64,000 nucleotides of DNA, taken from the IMG/VR virus record IMGVR_UViG_3300009550_000009. The stretch is one strand, 5' to 3'. The stretch is from a virus. Under the pieces are notes generated by a model. The model did no database searches, had not been told where the DNA came from, and was given only the letters and a program-made list of their open reading frames with translations. This document shows positions 62,341-64,000 of the stretch, in pieces (position 1 is the first letter of the stretch; the number at the start of each line of letters is the position of its first letter). A program made the position numbers and the translations under genes.

Positions 62341-62678
62341 AACACGTTCTATTTGATTTAAAACAATGTCTGATCACTCCTCCTTTAGATGATGAGGAGT
62401 ATGTGAAAGAGACTCTAGTAGAGGCAGCAAAGATTGCAAACCTAGAATTACTAAAGGTTGATACACATAAATTTGAACCACATGGCGTGACTGGTTATGC
62501 ATTACTTGCAGAGAGTCACATAAGCATACACACATGGCCTGAAGATGATGTTGCTAGATGTGACTTATTTTCGTGCAATCCAAAGACAGATTACAAATCT
62601 GTGATACAATATATGCAAACCCGTTTTCACTCTATGGAAGTTAAAAGATGGGGATGTGATAGATCTAATTGGTTATGA
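62337..62678 (+). CDS. speD: Pyruvoyl-dependent S-adenosylmethionine decarboxylase proenzyme
   Basis: HKFEPHGVT..LLAESHISIHTWPE..DLFSC; E-S self-cleavage site. Confidence 0.88.
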   Translation: MKHVLFDLKQCLITPPLDDEEYVKETLVEAAKIANLELLKVDTHKFEPHGVTGYALLAESHISIHTWPEDDVARCDLFSCNPKTDYKSVIQYMQTRFHSMEVKRWGCDRSNWL

Positions 62679-63136
62679 AGGAATTTGATTATGAACTCGA
62701 TTACAAGAGACTTAGTTTTACAGACGAGGAAACTCGTAAATTTTATCGTATTGGAAGGGGAGAGCAAGGAGTTTTACTGGTTCGCCCTTATACTAACGAT
62801 ATATGTGCTCATTGGAGATTCAAAACTCCTGATGAAGCAGTAAAATCTTCTAACAAAATTTTTGCAATGTATCTTGATTATCGTGATGAAAAAGATTTCA
62901 TCGGTATGGATATGTGTCGTAAGTTTTTGGAGATGGGATTTACTCGTGCAAGACGATATGCAAATCACAACTCTGGACGTAAGTATGATGATGAGGGAAA
63001 TGTAAAACCACAAGAACCTGATCATGCTACGAGTAAATATGCACAATCTGCAACAATTTTTAAGAAAGTGCGAGATTTAGTGGCTAACAACGATACATAT
63101 AAACATATGAGAAAAACATGGAGGTCTAAAGAATGA
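62675..63136 (+). CDS. DUF4385-family protein
   Basis: YRIGRGEQGVL..PY..WRFKTP..GMDMCRKFLEMGFTRARRYANH. Confidence 0.8.
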   Translation: MKEFDYELDYKRLSFTDEETRKFYRIGRGEQGVLLVRPYTNDICAHWRFKTPDEAVKSSNKIFAMYLDYRDEKDFIGMDMCRKFLEMGFTRARRYANHNSGRKYDDEGNVKPQEPDHATSKYAQSATIFKKVRDLVANNDTYKHMRKTWRSKE

Positions 63137-63297
63137 TTTTTTTATCTAAACCATCAGCGTATTTTTTACCGAATACTTGGGAAGCACCAAACGTGACTTA
63201 CGATTTATTCCCCGCAGAAGTGCAAATGTTAGCATTATGTGTTATGATAGCAGCAGTCGCATTACTATCAACTAGAAGGAAGAGAAAGTTAAACTAA
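63133..63297 (+). CDS. 54-aa membrane peptide with basic tail (...MLALCVMIAAVALLSTRRKRKLN)
   Basis: ATGA overlap; TM helix followed by RRKRK. Confidence 0.55.
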   Translation: MIFLSKPSAYFLPNTWEAPNVTYDLFPAEVQMLALCVMIAAVALLSTRRKRKLN

Positions 63298-63312
63298 ACT
63301 TACTATTTTATT

Positions 63313-64000
63313 ATGAGTGATTTTATATGGGTTGAAAAATATAGACCCAAAACCATTGACGATTGTATTCTTCCAAAAAGTATTAAGAAAACATTTCAAG
63401 ACTTTTTGGAAAAAGGTGAAATACCAAATATGTTGTTATCAGGGCCACCCGGCATTGGTAAAACTACAGTTGCAAAAGCATTATGTCAACAACTTAATGC
63501 TGATTACTACGTTGTTAATGGATCAGATGAAGGTAGATTTCTTGATACTGTAAGAAATAAAGCAGCGAACTTTGCATCAACAGTTTCTTTAGTTGGTGGT
63601 GCAAATCATAAAGTAATTATCATCGATGAGGCAGATAATACTACTCACGATGTTCAACTTTTACTGAGAGCAAATATAGAAACATTCTATAATAACTGTC
63701 GATTTATATTTACTTGTAATTATAAGAATAAGATCATTGAACCTTTGCATTCAAGATGCACTGTTATTGACTTTGCGATCAATAAGAAAGACAAACCTGC
63801 AATCGCAGCATCTTTCTTTCAAAGAATAAATGATATCTTAGATAAAGAGAGAGTAAAGTCTGATAAGAAAGTTTTAGCAGAACTAATTAACAAACACTTT
63901 CCTGATTGGAGGAGAGTATTAAACGAGTGTCAAAGATACTCTGTAAGCGGAGAAATAGACTCCGGTATATTAGCAACCTTTTCTGACGTATCAATCAATG
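63313..64000 (+). CDS. gp44: Clamp loader large subunit gp44 (3'-truncated by the window end; absent from the ORF track)
   Basis: MSDFIWVEKYRPKTIDDCILP; GPPGIGKTT; IIDEAD; PLHSRC; FPDWRR. Confidence 0.95.
   Translation, partial: MSDFIWVEKYRPKTIDDCILPKSIKKTFQDFLEKGEIPNMLLSGPPGIGKTTVAKALCQQLNADYYVVNGSDEGRFLDTVRNKAANFASTVSLVGGANHKVIIIDEADNTTHDVQLLLRANIETFYNNCRFIFTCNYKNKIIEPLHSRCTVIDFAINKKDKPAIAASFFQRINDILDKERVKSDKKVLAELINKHFPDWRRVLNECQRYSVSGEIDSGILATFSDVSIN

Noticed and set aside
603-62774. The many short minus-strand and nested plus-strand ORFs in the track
   Set aside because: They overlap well-supported + strand genes and have shadow-like composition
63317-63553. 78-aa + ORF in the track
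   Set aside because: Wrong frame; the real gene is gp44 from 63313, which runs off the window
1-64000. tRNA, rRNA or known cyanophage riboswitch-like RNAs (e.g. wcaG motif before the epimerase)
   Set aside because: Intergenic gaps are short and I recognised none; the epimerase overlaps its upstream gene. A covariance-model search would be needed to exclude them

Overview
AT-rich, almost entirely + strand segment of a T4-like marine cyanomyovirus, most likely a Prochlorococcus phage (P-SSM2/P-HM-type gene order, pebS present). It runs from the baseplate module (gp25, gp6, a ~4,380-codon gp7 interrupted by one in-frame TGA, gp8, VrlC-like protein) through neck, packaging, tail and head genes (gp13-gp23, gp3). 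It then enters the recombination/replication module (uvsY, uvsW, gp55, gp47, gp46, gp45, start of gp44), which has accessory genes interspersed: UDP-sugar dehydrogenase, epimerase, sulfotransferase, a vWA-peptidase/CobS pair, pebS, a denV-like glycosylase and speD. Late promoters (NATAAATA/CTAAATA) precede most structural genes. Signals not explained by the gene list: (1) apparent synonymous purging of three palindromes (GTAC, GGWCC, CCWGG), with the few surviving CCWGG sites all overlapping RGCC; (2) three ORFs beginning with T4-type capsid-targeting peptides; (3) a terminator/promoter cassette bracketing an orphan gene after gp23; (4) a shared palindromic promoter on the vWA and CobS genes; (5) a near-consensus antisense sigma70 promoter next to gp55. 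All calls come from reading the sequence and recalling protein families; no searches or counts were run.
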